DNA of 64,000 nucleotides from an uncultured Candidatus Saccharibacteria bacterium (GTDB taxonomy: Bacteria > Patescibacteriota > Minisyncoccia > Phycocordibacterales > Phycocordibacteraceae), in the NCBI GenBank assembly GCA_964546795.1, contig CAZJKG010000004.1:18994-82993 (forward strand), in the 5' to 3' direction. The notes under the pieces are model-generated. The model was not told the DNA's origin. It did no database searches and saw nothing but the letters and a program-made list of their open reading frames with translations. A program made the position numbers and the translations under genes. Shown here piece by piece: positions 16,561 to 27,818 of the stretch; positions within the stretch are counted from its first letter, which is position 1; every line of letters begins with the position of its first letter.

Positions 16561-17934
16561 TTATCCCGGGTCGCGGGCTGGCACGTCAAAAATTGACTCC
16601 TCGACTTTTTCACCCACAAGGTGTCGTGCGATCTCCCGTCCGCCGTGGAGCGAAGGTAGTATCCCGACTCCATTGCAGCCGAGATTATAGAGGAGTACCG
16701 GATTCTTGGGCTCGGGGCCTATGAGACGAACACCGTTCTTGGTGTATCCCATGAGTCCGTGCCATGTGAAGAGATAATCAATTTTCTTATTCGGTTCGGT
16801 ATCGTAGACGCGGCGAACAAAGGTATCTATCACTTCTTCCATCTCGTCGGGAAAATCGTCCTCGGGCGAATACGTTTCAGTATCTGTAACCGATACGTCC
16901 GGACCGCCGACTGAAATCAAGTTGTGCTCTACTCCTTTTTCGTATTCGTAGCCGCGGCGGGTGAGATAAAAATAAGCATTATCCGGATCCGTGCTCGGGT
17001 CGGTGAAATAACTGATGGCGATGGGCTGTTTATCGAGCTTTTCAAGGTAACCGGACATATACCCGATCTTGCCCGAAAGGAGATGATGGTATTTGGCGTC
17101 TATATCAAGACCCGTTTCATTCAAGATATGGATATGTTCAAAGCCGTTCGTGCAGAGGACGACGCGTCCTGCGCGCACTTCGTGCTCACCTCCGTCCAGG
17201 AACGCGTAGCCGTGTTTGAGCACCAGTTTGCGAATGGTCGTGTGTTCATAGAATGTGAATCGTTCCGGATAGATGCGCGTTAGATACGTGGCTATCTCTT
17301 CGGTGAAGAGTGCGCTATTGACGCATCCCTTTTGGTATGAGAGGGCGGCAATAAAATCATTCGTCGCGGTTTCAAGAATGTCTCGTATCTCCTCAGGCGA
17401 CACGAGCGTATAGAGGCCCTGATACGTATCGGAAATGCTTTCAGCAAAATCAACGAGGGAAGAAATTCGAATGGTCTCCTGGGTCAGGCCGGCTGCGCGA
17501 CGGAGCCGATTGCTTTCCAGATGAGTAAAAACTTGTTCCCGACTTGAAAGCCCGGCATGCCCGATAAAACGCGAGAACGGTATATCGAGACCGGCATCGG
17601 TGTACATCTCGTCAAGAAGGTGCCAAGCGTCTTCAACGGCCTTTTGTCCACGAGCGGCTTTGGAAAGACCGAATTCTTCTACCAAGCTTGCGAATCCTCG
17701 TTCAAAATAACTGGTAATCTGTCCCGCATTGTGGCCAGTGGCGCCATGCGCGAGCTTGAAGCGCTCGAGAAGCGTAACGCTTAGGTTCGTGTATTTGAGC
17801 GCATAAAAAGCGCTTGTGATGCCGGCGATGCCGCCGCCCACAATAGCAACATCGGTCGTTAGGTCCGCCGCGAGCGTCCGGCGCTCGCGGTCCTGATGCA
17901 GTTGATAGAGCCACGGCGAGCGGTTCTTTTTCAT
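16561..17934 (-). CDS. FAD-dependent oxidoreductase (DAO family)
   Basis: DVAIVGGGIAG, GATGHNAG, GCNGVG. Confidence 0.85.
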   Translation of the reverse strand: MKKNRSPWLYQLHQDRERRTLAADLTTDVAIVGGGIAGITSAFYALKYTNLSVTLLERFKLAHGATGHNAGQITSYFERGFASLVEEFGLSKAARGQKAVEDAWHLLDEMYTDAGLDIPFSRFIGHAGLSSREQVFTHLESNRLRRAAGLTQETIRISSLVDFAESISDTYQGLYTLVSPEEIRDILETATNDFIAALSYQKGCVNSALFTEEIATYLTRIYPERFTFYEHTTIRKLVLKHGYAFLDGGEHEVRAGRVVLCTNGFEHIHILNETGLDIDAKYHHLLSGKIGYMSGYLEKLDKQPIAISYFTDPSTDPDNAYFYLTRRGYEYEKGVEHNLISVGGPDVSVTDTETYSPEDDFPDEMEEVIDTFVRRVYDTEPNKKIDYLFTWHGLMGYTKNGVRLIGPEPKNPVLLYNLGCNGVGILPSLHGGREIARHLVGEKVEESIFDVPARDPG

Positions 17935-17972
17935 ACGGAAAGTATAGCAAGAGGCCGACTCTTTCTTTTTTC

Positions 17973-18081
17973 ATTCCAACCGCGCCTACAAAACGTGCGA
18001 CGTCCGCGCCTGGCTGGCGCGGCGCCTTACTCTCGGCTCGTCATCCTCCGAGCCAACACGTTTTGCAGGCGCGATTGGAAT
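17973..18081 (-). repeat. Intergenic inverted-repeat element with two internal hairpins
   Basis: 25-bp terminal arms whose two mismatches are G.U on the minus strand; inner CCGCGCC/GGCGCGG and CTCGG/CCGAG stems. Confidence 0.65.
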
Positions 18082-18085
18082 ATGT

Positions 18086-19870
18086 TTAGCGGCGCGCCTT
18101 TGCGCGATCGTTCTCGGTAAGGAATTGTTTGCGTAGCCGGACGGAGGTGGGCGTTATCTCCAGGTATTCGTCGTCCGCCATAATCTCCATGCCGCGCTCA
18201 ATCGATAGGTCAAATATCGGCACCAGAGTGAGGGCTTCGTCCATACCGGAAGAACGGACGTTCGACTGGTTCTTGCCCTTCGTCGGATTCGCAAGCATCT
18301 CTTCGCCTTTTGACGTATTGCCGATGACCATACCTTCGTACACCTCGGTCGCCGGTTTGATATAGAGCTGGCCACGGTCCTGAAGATACCAGAGCGAATA
18401 GCCGAGCGCTTTGCCGGCAGCCATTGATATCATTGAGCCAACTTGGCGTTTCTTTATTTCCCCCGCATACGGCTTGAAGCCGAGCACGCGTGAAGAGAGA
18501 ATGCCTTCGCCCTTCGTATCAATAATGAACATGTTCTTGTAGCCGAGCAGACCGCGCGTCGGACCTTCGAGTGTGAGTCGTACGATGTTGCCATGCTGAG
18601 TAAGATTCTGTAGTACGAAAGCTCGCGCACCGAGCTTTTCAATGATGGCCCCCTGGAATTCTGATGGCGTATCAATGATGACTTCTTCGAACGGTTCTAG
18701 CTTCACACCATTCTCTTCGCGAATGATGACTTGCGGCTGAGAAACCTGGAGTTCGTAGCCCTCGCGACGCATATTTTCAAGGAGTACCGCGATATGAAGC
18801 TCTCCTCGACCGGACACGCGAAATACTTCTGCACTCCCGAAATCTATCTTTAAACCGACGTTGACCTCAAGCTCTTTGGTGAGCCGGTCGCGTATCTGCC
18901 GGCTCGTCACATACTTCCCTTCCCGTCCGGCAAACGGCGAATTATTGACGAGGAAGTTGAGCGCGATGGTCGGCTCGTCCACCGCGATTGCCGGCAAGGG
19001 CGCTGCCGACTCATCGGTCGTCACGGTCTCGCCGATATAAATGTCGGGAAGGCCTGCGATAAGGGCGATGTCCCCCGCCGATGCTTCGGTTGCCTCAACA
19101 CGTTCAAGTCCTTTGAAAGTAAAGACCTTGGTGGTACGTCCGGTGCGGGTCTCGCCGTCCGGCTTCTTGATAAAAACCTGCTGATTCGGGCGGACGGTTC
19201 CCGCATAAATGCGACCGACCGCAAGCCGGCCCATGAAGTTATCGTATGCGAGATTGAACGGCTGAAGCATGAGAGCTGCGCCCGCATCGGCATTACTGTT
19301 CGCTGGCGACACTTTCTCAAGAATGCTATCAAGCAATGGAGTAAGGTCCTTGCGCTCATCGGCGAGATTTTTTATCGCAATACCCTCGCGCCCTATTGAA
19401 TAGATGACCGGAAAATCGGACTGTTCATCCGAGGCACCAAGCTCAAGGAAGAGTTCCAAGACCTGTTCTTCGGAACGGGCCGGGTTGGCTGCGGGCTTGT
19501 CTATCTTGTTGAGGACGACAATGGGCTTCAAGCCGAGTTCCAGGGATTTCTTCAGTACGAAACGGGTCTGCGGCATCGGACCTTCCTGCGCATCCACGAC
19601 CAGAAGCACCGAATCGATGGAACGCAGTACGCGCTCAACCTCGCTACCAAAATCCGCGTGCCCGGGAGTGTCCACGATGTTTATCTTCGTGCCCTTATAT
19701 TCAACCGCCGCGTTCTTGGCATAAATGGTAATACCGCGCTCAAGCTCGAGCGCGTTGCTGTCCATCGAAGTCCCTTCTACCGCCGCACCGGTCTGTTTGA
19801 GGATGGCGTCAGTGAGCGCGGTCTTTCCGTGGTCCACGTGCGCGATGATCGCGATATTACGAATTTCCAT
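18086..19870 (-). CDS. typA: Translational GTPase TypA/BipA
   Basis: [47 protein letters not shown]. Confidence 0.97.
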   Translation of the reverse strand: MEIRNIAIIAHVDHGKTALTDAILKQTGAAVEGTSMDSNALELERGITIYAKNAAVEYKGTKINIVDTPGHADFGSEVERVLRSIDSVLLVVDAQEGPMPQTRFVLKKSLELGLKPIVVLNKIDKPAANPARSEEQVLELFLELGASDEQSDFPVIYSIGREGIAIKNLADERKDLTPLLDSILEKVSPANSNADAGAALMLQPFNLAYDNFMGRLAVGRIYAGTVRPNQQVFIKKPDGETRTGRTTKVFTFKGLERVEATEASAGDIALIAGLPDIYIGETVTTDESAAPLPAIAVDEPTIALNFLVNNSPFAGREGKYVTSRQIRDRLTKELEVNVGLKIDFGSAEVFRVSGRGELHIAVLLENMRREGYELQVSQPQVIIREENGVKLEPFEEVIIDTPSEFQGAIIEKLGARAFVLQNLTQHGNIVRLTLEGPTRGLLGYKNMFIIDTKGEGILSSRVLGFKPYAGEIKKRQVGSMISMAAGKALGYSLWYLQDRGQLYIKPATEVYEGMVIGNTSKGEEMLANPTKGKNQSNVRSSGMDEALTLVPIFDLSIERGMEIMADDEYLEITPTSVRLRKQFLTENDRAKARR

Positions 19871-19924
19871 ACAAATAAAAATGGCCGCAAGGGCCGATGA
19901 GTCCAATATACAACAGATGGACTT

Positions 19925-20704
19925 TTATGCAAGAAGAACGCCGCCGTCGGCCACTATCTGCGAGCCAGTCATATACGAAGAGAGGTCGGAAGCGAGGAAG
20001 AGTGCGACCTTGCCTATCTCATCGGCATCGGCCATGCGATGCATTGGAATCTTCTTGAGAAATGGTTCTGTCGTGGCCGCAAGAGCCGGGTCGACGGGCT
20101 TCCCGAGGCCTGTCCCGGGCGTAAGGACGCCGCCCGGCGCGATAGCATTCACCCATATCTTGTGTGGCGCGAGCTCAAGCGCAAGATTCTTCGTGAAGCC
20201 CCAGAGACCGTGCTTGCTGGCATCGTAGAATGCGAGACCGATTGAAGAAGGGTGGAGCGCATCAATGGAAGTGATGTTGATGATCTTTCCACCTCTTCCT
20301 TGCACAATCATCTGTTTGGCTACGGCCTGTGCCGCAAGGAATGCTCCTATGAGATTCACGTGGAGTATCTTCTCAAAATCCTCCTTCGTCGCCGCGAGCG
20401 CGGGCACGGTCGGGTAAATGCCGGCATTGTTGACGAGGATATCCACACCGCTGAATTCACTTACCGCTTTTGCGACCATCGCTTCCACCTGTGCTCCATC
20501 GGAAACGTCCGCGGATATCGCGATTCCGTCGAGCTTTGCGGCCGCCGCCGAGGCGGCGGCCGCATCCTTATCCGCGACAAGCACTTTTGCACCCGCCTCC
20601 GCGAGCCGCGCGGCGATAGCATACCCGATACCCATCGCGCCGCCCGTCACAATGGCGACTTTCCCCGAGAGATCCATCGATGCTGAAATCGATTTCTGTT
20701 CCAT
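19925..20704 (-). CDS. Short-chain dehydrogenase/reductase
   Basis: TGGAMGIG, NNAG, YDASK, VNAIAPG. Confidence 0.92.
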   Translation of the reverse strand: MEQKSISASMDLSGKVAIVTGGAMGIGYAIAARLAEAGAKVLVADKDAAAASAAAAKLDGIAISADVSDGAQVEAMVAKAVSEFSGVDILVNNAGIYPTVPALAATKEDFEKILHVNLIGAFLAAQAVAKQMIVQGRGGKIINITSIDALHPSSIGLAFYDASKHGLWGFTKNLALELAPHKIWVNAIAPGGVLTPGTGLGKPVDPALAATTEPFLKKIPMHRMADADEIGKVALFLASDLSSYMTGSQIVADGGVLLA

Positions 20705-20718
20705 GCGAGAAGTATATC

Positions 20719-22098
20719 TCACATCAGCAACGTTATGATGGCGGCGATACCTGAGACCGCCATCACACCGATGGTTATCCAGCCGATCAAGGAAACGAAC
20801 GGATGATTTGCGTATTCGCCCATGAGGCGCTTGTCGCTTGAGAGGCGCACGACGAAGAAAAGGATGAAAGGTGCGATGATGCCATTGGCGACGGCGGCGT
20901 AAATGAGGCCGCGTATCGGGTCAAGGTGCGCGAAGTTCGCAACGATACCGATGAACATTGAGACGATGATGACACCGTAGAATGCATAGGCCTGCTTCAA
21001 TTTATGATGCAGGCCGTGCGTCCACCCGAAACTCTCGGCAAGGGCGTAGGCACTCGAGCCCGCAAGTACCGGTACTGCCAGAAGTCCGGTCCCGACGATG
21101 CCGAGCGCGAAGAGTAGGAAAGCAAACTCTCCAAAGGGGCGTAGCGCCAAAGCGGCCTGATCAGCCGTGACGATGTCCGTGATGCCGTTCGCATAGAGTG
21201 TGCCGGCGCAGGCAGCAAATATGAAGAAGGATATGAGGTTTGAAAAGAACATCCCGCTCCACACATCCGTGCGCATGCGCCGCAAGGAATGTCCGTTCAT
21301 CTGCTCGCGACGCGCTTCAATGGTCGTCTCCCCTTTCATGATTCTCTCTTCCACTTCTTGGGAGGTCTGCCAGAAGAAGAGATAGGGAGAGATGGTGGTT
21401 CCGAGTATGGCGCAGACGAGGAAGATTTGATCTTTGGAAAAAGTCATCGAGGGAATGAGGGTGTGGCGGAGCACGTCGCCCCAGTCGAGTCCTACAGAAA
21501 ATGCAACGACCGCATACGAGAGTAGCGCGAGTGCTAGATATTTCAGATACTTTGAATATCGCGCATAAGTGGTGAATATCTGGAGCATCAAGCTGAGGAG
21601 TGCAAAAATGATAACGAATAGTTCTAATCCAATATGTGGAAACAGGAGACGCGATGCCGCCGCCATCGCGCCAAGATCAGCAGCGATATTGAGCGCATTG
21701 GCGAAAAAGAGAAGCGCTGTTGCTATGTAGAGCACGTGCGGGGTATATTCACGCCGGATATTCGCCGCAAGCCCCTGGCCCGAGACGATACCGATGCGTG
21801 CGCACATCTCCTGCACGACGGCCATGAATGGATAGGTGAAGAGAGAAAGCCAGATGAGTTGAAGCCCGTAGCGGGCACCGGCTTGAGAATAGGTGGCGAT
21901 GCCGGACGGATCATCATCGGCGGCGCCGGTCGTGAGTCCGGGACCGAGCGTGTCCCAATATTGCTCTGCGAGCTTGAATGGTTTCTTACTAAGAAGAATT
22001 TTCTCTTCTTTCTCCACAAACTCAACGCCCTCTTCGAGGATTTTCGCAGGCGCTTCAAACGTTTCCACAAATTCTTCTTGAAATTCTTTCTTCTCCAT
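20719..22098 (-). CDS. NRAMP-family divalent metal transporter
   Basis: GAADDDPSGIATYS, LGTTISPYLFFWQ, multiple TMs. Confidence 0.9.
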   Translation of the reverse strand: MEKKEFQEEFVETFEAPAKILEEGVEFVEKEEKILLSKKPFKLAEQYWDTLGPGLTTGAADDDPSGIATYSQAGARYGLQLIWLSLFTYPFMAVVQEMCARIGIVSGQGLAANIRREYTPHVLYIATALLFFANALNIAADLGAMAAASRLLFPHIGLELFVIIFALLSLMLQIFTTYARYSKYLKYLALALLSYAVVAFSVGLDWGDVLRHTLIPSMTFSKDQIFLVCAILGTTISPYLFFWQTSQEVEERIMKGETTIEARREQMNGHSLRRMRTDVWSGMFFSNLISFFIFAACAGTLYANGITDIVTADQAALALRPFGEFAFLLFALGIVGTGLLAVPVLAGSSAYALAESFGWTHGLHHKLKQAYAFYGVIIVSMFIGIVANFAHLDPIRGLIYAAVANGIIAPFILFFVVRLSSDKRLMGEYANHPFVSLIGWITIGVMAVSGIAAIITLLM

Positions 22099-22131
22099 AA
22101 TACTCTCACTATAGCACCGCATGATGCTATG

Positions 22132-23592
22132 TTATTTTCCCAAATCGAGGATTTCGTCAATACGTATCTGTGCCACGAACTCCGGCACGTGGGAAACGAG
22201 AATCATTGCCCCGAGATAGGCGTCTAATGCCTTCGCGATAACGGGCAGATGGCGGAAGTTGATATGGTTAGTCGGTTCATCAAGGATAAGGAGTCCGGGC
22301 CGCTCTAATACGAGCGAAGCAAAGGCGACGAGGCCTTTCTGCCCTTCGGAAAGATTCTCAATTTTTGTCTCCAGTATGTCGGCAGTGAGCAGGAATCCTG
22401 CCGCGATTGCGCGAAGCTTCTGTTCATCCGGCTGCCCCATCGCTATCCGGAGCGCAGCGAGGACAGTTTGATTGAAATCAAGTGTGGAAAAATCTTGCCT
22501 ATAATAACCGAGTTTCACCCCCTTTGTTATGCCTATTCCTTCAAAAGTTCCGTATGCTATGTGCTCCAAGAGTGTACTCTTCCCAATACCATTCGGTCCT
22601 TTCAGGAGAAGGTGTTGATTCTTCCGAAGTGATATGTTTGCTTTTTTCTTCGCAATCTTTTTACCTTTCAGAATAGTATACGCCGAGAGCGAGAGCACGA
22701 CGCCACTTAACTCCGACTGGGTGGGAATGACAAATGGTCGGATGGTCCTATCCTCTTTGCGCACGTCCACTTTCGCTTCTTCCATTTCTTCCACCTCGGT
22801 GCGCATCTTCTTCGCCACGAGTCGCATCTTTCCTCCTTTCTGTGCAAAGAAGTTCGCTTTATCCTTATTATCCTGGATCTTTTTTTCAAGCTGCGCATTC
22901 TTTCTATTCTCTTTCTCAATACGCGCCGAGATGTCGCGGAGGACGTCGTGATAATTCCCGGGATACTGCTCTACTTTGCGCGTGAACACGTCCAGATAGA
23001 GAACGCCGGTGGTAAACGCGTTCAGGAATTCTGCATCGTGCGAAATGACGATGCAGGTTTTCGGATACTCAACGAGAAACTTCGTGAGATGTTCGATGCC
23101 GGCCGTGTCTAGATTATTCGTTGGTTCGTCAAGGAGAAGCAAATCGGGGTTCTGAATGAGCGCCGAAGCCAGGAGGAGCCGCGCCTGCTGTCCGCCCGAA
23201 AAACTCTTCATCACCCGGTCGTGCAATTTCTCGTGATATTTTAAATTCACCACCTCAAGTGCCTCATCTATTCGGGGATCTATGTCATAGACCGGCCCCG
23301 AGAAACACTTCTGGAAGAATGCACGTACCGTGAGTTCCATTTGATCGCGCGGAATGACCTGCGGGGCCGTCGCTATCGTCATGCCGCGCGACACATGTAT
23401 CTCGCCGGATTCCGGGGCAAGTGTTCCCGACATAAGAGCGAAGAGTGTGGACTTCCCTGCGCCGTTTTGACCCATCACCGCCATCTTCATTCCGCGGCGT
23501 ATGGGGAAATCCACCTCGTCAAGGATCGGCTTATTATGCCCGTATTGGAATGATACTTTCTCAAAGCGAATAACGCTTTCTTCTCTGGCCAT
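22132..23592 (-). CDS. ABC-F family ATPase
   Basis: Two NBDs (GQNGAGKS, FSGGQ, LDEPTN; GPNGIGKS, LSEGQ, LDEPTNH), no TM. Confidence 0.92.
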   Translation of the reverse strand: MAREESVIRFEKVSFQYGHNKPILDEVDFPIRRGMKMAVMGQNGAGKSTLFALMSGTLAPESGEIHVSRGMTIATAPQVIPRDQMELTVRAFFQKCFSGPVYDIDPRIDEALEVVNLKYHEKLHDRVMKSFSGGQQARLLLASALIQNPDLLLLDEPTNNLDTAGIEHLTKFLVEYPKTCIVISHDAEFLNAFTTGVLYLDVFTRKVEQYPGNYHDVLRDISARIEKENRKNAQLEKKIQDNKDKANFFAQKGGKMRLVAKKMRTEVEEMEEAKVDVRKEDRTIRPFVIPTQSELSGVVLSLSAYTILKGKKIAKKKANISLRKNQHLLLKGPNGIGKSTLLEHIAYGTFEGIGITKGVKLGYYRQDFSTLDFNQTVLAALRIAMGQPDEQKLRAIAAGFLLTADILETKIENLSEGQKGLVAFASLVLERPGLLILDEPTNHINFRHLPVIAKALDAYLGAMILVSHVPEFVAQIRIDEILDLGK

Positions 23593-23646
23593 CGTTCCAC
23601 CCTAACGTACTTCGTCTAAAAAAGGAAAAGACGTTATAGTGCCGTT

Positions 23647-24369
23647 ATGCCGAAGACCGCACCTCGTACTGCAGATGCCTATCCGATGCGCATTAATAAA
23701 TACCTCGCGCGCGAGGGTATCGCCACACGCCGCGGGGCGGATGAGCTTGTGGCGAGGGGAAAAGTGCTTATCAATGGCCGTGTCGCCGTGATAGGACAGA
23801 AGATCAGTAAAGGCGACAAAGTGGAAATGCGCGACACAAACACTCGGAAGAAATATCTCTATTACGCCTACAACAAGCCGACTGGTGTCATCACGCACTC
23901 GCCGCAACTTGGAGAGAAAGATATCAAGCAGAGCGTTCCTCTGGATGTGTTCCCTGTGGGCCGCCTGGATAAGGATTCGAGCGGACTCATTATTCTCACG
24001 AATGACGGGCGCATAACCGACCGGCTTCTGAACCCGCTCTTTGACCACGACAAGGAGTATCAGGTGCGCACCTCCGAGCCACTCCGCGAGGCCTTCAAGA
24101 AAACGATGGAGGCGGGCGTCAATATCGAGGGGTATATGACGAAGCACTGCACGGTGCGGAAGACCGGCCCGAAGAGTTTCAACATCACGCTCACCGAGGG
24201 CAAGAAGCATCAGATACGCCGTATGGTTGCGACACTTCACAACACCGTCGTCGCGCTTGAACGAACGCGCATACTGAATATACGGCTTGAGAATCTGAAA
24301 GTAGGCGCATGGCGTCCTATTGAGGGCAAAGAACTCGAGATATTCCTTTCACAGATAGGGATGAAATGA
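23647..24369 (+). CDS. rRNA pseudouridine synthase (RsuA/RluB/RluF family)
   Basis: S4 domain MRINKYLA, GRLDKDSSGL, EGKKHQIRRM. Confidence 0.92.
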   Translation: MPKTAPRTADAYPMRINKYLAREGIATRRGADELVARGKVLINGRVAVIGQKISKGDKVEMRDTNTRKKYLYYAYNKPTGVITHSPQLGEKDIKQSVPLDVFPVGRLDKDSSGLIILTNDGRITDRLLNPLFDHDKEYQVRTSEPLREAFKKTMEAGVNIEGYMTKHCTVRKTGPKSFNITLTEGKKHQIRRMVATLHNTVVALERTRILNIRLENLKVGAWRPIEGKELEIFLSQIGMK

Positions 24370-24389
24370 TTTGATACGAGAAAATCATT

Positions 24390-25529
24390 TCATCCAAATG
24401 TGAATGCGTAGAGACGAACTTTCCCTTTTATCTTCAGCTCGAGCACATGCTCTCCAGGTTCCGGGTTATGAATCAACGTATAGAGTCGGCTTTCTTTCAT
24501 CATGACAACGCCATCTGCATTCACATCCGCACCGGCAGACATCCCGACCATCTTCCCGTCTTGCAGCACCTCCACTACGACCGGAGTATTTGCATCGGCT
24601 ACGATGTACACTTCTTTCGCATTGTATCGATAAACGACTGATGCATCGGAAGCCGATTCGGCATATTCAAGAGTTATGTTCCACGTTCCGTTAAGATAGA
24701 GAGTGTCCGATGCGAAATCCTGCGGCAATAAGAAGGTCTGTTCTCCCAAACGTCCCGGTATCCCGTTCGCGAGATAGGAATTTCGAAGTGAACCGAAATA
24801 GGTCTCAGGGCTTTTAGCGACATTTGTACCTTGTGGCACCGTCGAAACGGCAAGAGTTTTATCCATGTCTGATGTACCCATGCCGAGTACCTCGGCACGC
24901 TCTGCAAGCAATTCACGGATTTTCATTTCCGTCTCTTCATAGCCACCTTCCCCGATATGGTCATAGACGACATTGCCATATATGTCGATAATATATTTTC
25001 TCGGCCAATATCGGTTTCCATAAGCGTTCCATGTTGCATAGTTGTTATCGAGCACAATTGGATGCGTGATGTCGAATTTTTTCATCGCCTCTCGTACGTT
25101 GCCAATATCTTTTTCAAACGCAAATTCCGGTGTGTGTATACCGATGATCTCGAGTCCCTGATTCTTATATTTTTCATACCATGCGTTTAAATAAGGGAAT
25201 GTACGCTGGCAATTGATACAGCTATAAGTCAGGAAGTCCACTATTATCACTTTCTTGCCGATAAGTTCTTTAAGAGTAATGCTGTCGATATTCACGAAGC
25301 CAGAGGGATTCATTATTTCCGTATAGGGAATTCCTTTCGGTGTCGCTTTTTTCTGCTTTGCAGCAAATGTGGAAGAAGTTTCTGCGCCTAGAATTGTTGA
25401 TGTGGTCGCAGAAGAGATTCTCGTATCTTGCTGTATCGGTAATGTTGGTGAGGGCACGGAGTAAAGGTACGCTAGTCCTGCGAGAACAAATCCGCCAACG
25501 ACTGCGCCAATGGTGTATTCCGCTTTCAT
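24390..25529 (-). CDS. DipZ-like thioredoxin/redoxin protein
   Basis: TYSCINCQRT, GIHTPEFAFEK, SPETYFG, C-terminal YAFTFG. Confidence 0.85.
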   Translation of the reverse strand: MKAEYTIGAVVGGFVLAGLAYLYSVPSPTLPIQQDTRISSATTSTILGAETSSTFAAKQKKATPKGIPYTEIMNPSGFVNIDSITLKELIGKKVIIVDFLTYSCINCQRTFPYLNAWYEKYKNQGLEIIGIHTPEFAFEKDIGNVREAMKKFDITHPIVLDNNYATWNAYGNRYWPRKYIIDIYGNVVYDHIGEGGYEETEMKIRELLAERAEVLGMGTSDMDKTLAVSTVPQGTNVAKSPETYFGSLRNSYLANGIPGRLGEQTFLLPQDFASDTLYLNGTWNITLEYAESASDASVVYRYNAKEVYIVADANTPVVVEVLQDGKMVGMSAGADVNADGVVMMKESRLYTLIHNPEPGEHVLELKIKGKVRLYAFTFG

Positions 25530-25530
25530 A

Positions 25531-26256
25531 TTATTTCACTTTTTTGAGAAGATTCTGTTCGATTTTTGTAATATCGAAGTATCCGCTGTCCAAAATTACT
25601 ATCTCAAGTTTTTTTTCGTATCCGGTTATAATGAAAAGTCCGAGGACGACAAAAAGGATGCCGATTATTCGTTTGAAATAGCCACGAGGATCCGATACTT
25701 CCGAGAGATGATCGGCAAATCGCTGGCCGAGAAGCGCAATGAGGAGGAGAATTAATGAGAGACCAAGAACATAGGCGAGGATGTACGTCGTGCCAAGAGC
25801 AAACGAGACGGGCAACACCGATGCTAGGATGACGAAATACGTCGGTGAACAAGTCGAGAACACTGGTCCGAGCGCAGCACCGATGAGTATGTCTCCGGCG
25901 ACGCTTTTGCGCTCATACCCCCTGCCGACGAGCTTGTTTGAACCGGCCGCAAATCTTGAAAGACCGGGAAGCTTCTCCCATAGGGATGGAAAAACAAGTG
26001 TGAGACCGAAGAACAGTACGATGCCACCGGACAGATACGTCCACACTTGTGGCGGTACCATGATGAATGCTGTTGACCACTTGAGAAGATAGGTGAAGAG
26101 GATAATGGAGACCGCCAACGACCCCACTACTATGTAGGGCGTCGAGCGGCTTCTTCCCGAAGCAGATGAGCCAATGATAACGGGTAAAATTGGTAGGATG
26201 CAGGGCGCAAGCACCGTCAACACCCCTGCGATGAATGAGACAATGAGAAACGTCAT
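25531..26256 (-). CDS. ccdA: CcdA/DsbD-type transmembrane disulfide transfer protein
   Basis: AGVLTVLAPCILP and FSTCSP cysteines, 6 TMs. Confidence 0.8.
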   Translation of the reverse strand: MTFLIVSFIAGVLTVLAPCILPILPVIIGSSASGRSRSTPYIVVGSLAVSIILFTYLLKWSTAFIMVPPQVWTYLSGGIVLFFGLTLVFPSLWEKLPGLSRFAAGSNKLVGRGYERKSVAGDILIGAALGPVFSTCSPTYFVILASVLPVSFALGTTYILAYVLGLSLILLLIALLGQRFADHLSEVSDPRGYFKRIIGILFVVLGLFIITGYEKKLEIVILDSGYFDITKIEQNLLKKVK

Positions 26257-26257
26257 G

Positions 26258-26809
26258 CTATGTTACTTCCAAAACGAGCGCCGCGAGCGTAGGACTTCCG
26301 CTCCATTTCTTGATGAGGTTGCCCTGCGCATCTACTTGAACAAAGGTATGCTGATAGGTCACGCCGTATTGTTGTTTGAGAGAGGTTGAATCGTCATAAT
26401 TGACATCAAGGATGGTCAGATCAGACGGGATGTTTTTGAGATTCGCCTTAATATCAGCATCGACAGTACGACATGTCGGACACCAGCTTGCTCTGAAAAA
26501 TAGTACGACGTTACCTGTCCCCGCTTTCGCGATCTTATCTGCGCTATACGGCTCGTATGAGCCGGTCTTCATCATAGTTTCCGTTGCAGCCATCGTTGTT
26601 CCTTCGTCCTTCTTCATCATGGTCTCATCGCTCGTGTCCGTCATGACGGTGTCTTTCTTTTCCATGGTGGTATCGTCTTTCTGCACCACATTCTCCTCCT
26701 TCTGCATCATGACATCATCCTTGATGCTTTGATTAGAAAATGCAAACCATCCTATGCCACCGAAAATAAGTATGATCGCGCCGATGCCAAGTGTTTTTGT
26801 CATGTCCAT
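26258..26809 (-). CDS. Membrane-anchored thioredoxin with Met/Lys/Asp-rich linker
   Basis: FFRASWCPTC, YGVTYQHTFVQ. Confidence 0.85.
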   Translation of the reverse strand: MDMTKTLGIGAIILIFGGIGWFAFSNQSIKDDVMMQKEENVVQKDDTTMEKKDTVMTDTSDETMMKKDEGTTMAATETMMKTGSYEPYSADKIAKAGTGNVVLFFRASWCPTCRTVDADIKANLKNIPSDLTILDVNYDDSTSLKQQYGVTYQHTFVQVDAQGNLIKKWSGSPTLAALVLEVT

Positions 26810-26884
26810 ATATCTATATGTTATGTAAGATTATGTCCCTAGTATATGAGGCATGGTCTGTAATGTAAAGTCGGTTTTACACAG

Positions 26885-27247
26885 CTATCGGTAGTATTCT
26901 GAATAGAGTCGCGCAAAAAGCTTGGAGACGACCATGACCCCGAGCGCGGTAGATACCCACGGATCAATAGCGTGCGCAAACCCTTGGAAGATCAAAGCGA
27001 GAGTGAGGACGGCAATGCCGGAGAGATACGCGATGCGCCCCGCATGCATTTTGTGCAGCATTTCCCGCTCATCATCCGCTCGTTCATACATGACAAATCC
27101 TGCCCATACACATGCGAGTACCGCCGCTCCAAGAATGACCGCCATTTGCGCCTCTGCCGGCATCCACAGCATGAATGGATCGGAGAGAAGCATGAGAAGG
27201 GCGATCAACACTACCGCTGTACCGATATGAAAGAATTTATTTGCCAT
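26885..27247 (-). CDS. Small membrane protein (DERE motif)
   Basis: 4 TMs, DDERE motif, overlaps the upstream XRE gene. Confidence 0.6.
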   Translation of the reverse strand: MANKFFHIGTAVVLIALLMLLSDPFMLWMPAEAQMAVILGAAVLACVWAGFVMYERADDEREMLHKMHAGRIAYLSGIAVLTLALIFQGFAHAIDPWVSTALGVMVVSKLFARLYSEYYR

Positions 27248-27449
27248 ATGAAATATGAAAGATGTTCTCAACCGGGACCTTAAAGATCGAAGATATTTTA
27301 AGAGCCAACAGCACCGAGGGCGTGTAGTTCCCCTTCTCGATAGAAATGACCGTCTGGCGAGTGATGCCGGCTTTCTCTGCCAATTCTTCCTGGGTCAGGC
27401 CTTTTGAGGTGCGTAGGGTATACACAGAATTTATAATTTTTTCTGTCAT
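27237..27449 (-). CDS. XRE/Cro-family HTH regulator
   Basis: LTQEELAEKAGITRQTVISIEKGNYTPS. Confidence 0.9.
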   Translation of the reverse strand: MTEKIINSVYTLRTSKGLTQEELAEKAGITRQTVISIEKGNYTPSVLLALKISSIFKVPVENIFHISYGK

Positions 27450-27565
27450 GCTCTTGCTCGTGTCGATACAGCGTAGCTGTGCCGAATTGGTATGTCAAGA
27501 GCGTTTTACATCAGGATTAAAATGGAAAGATCTCTCAAAATGTAGTAGGATAAATATAAATAGAT

Positions 27566-27636
27566 TGCCAGATCGTCTAATGGTAGGACCTCAGACTCTG
27601 AATCTGAGTATCTTGGTTCGAATCCAAGTCTGGCAG
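27566..27636 (+). tRNA. tRNA-Gln(CTG)
   Basis: TGCCAGA/TCTGGCA, TCAGA-CTCTGAA-TCTGA, GGTTCGAATCC. Confidence 0.95.
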
Positions 27637-27818
27637 CTGACGAACGAAGGTGAGGAGGTACTGAGGCCAGCAACTGGGCGAGAGCGAAGGCGTACTGAGC
27701 CCAGCAGGCCGAATGTGCAGAGCGAAGTGCTGTATTCGACGAATGAAGGTTTCGTGCCTAATCTGGGTCATTCTTTCTTACTTCAGAACCCGTTGAACCT
27801 AGGATATACTGACGCTCT

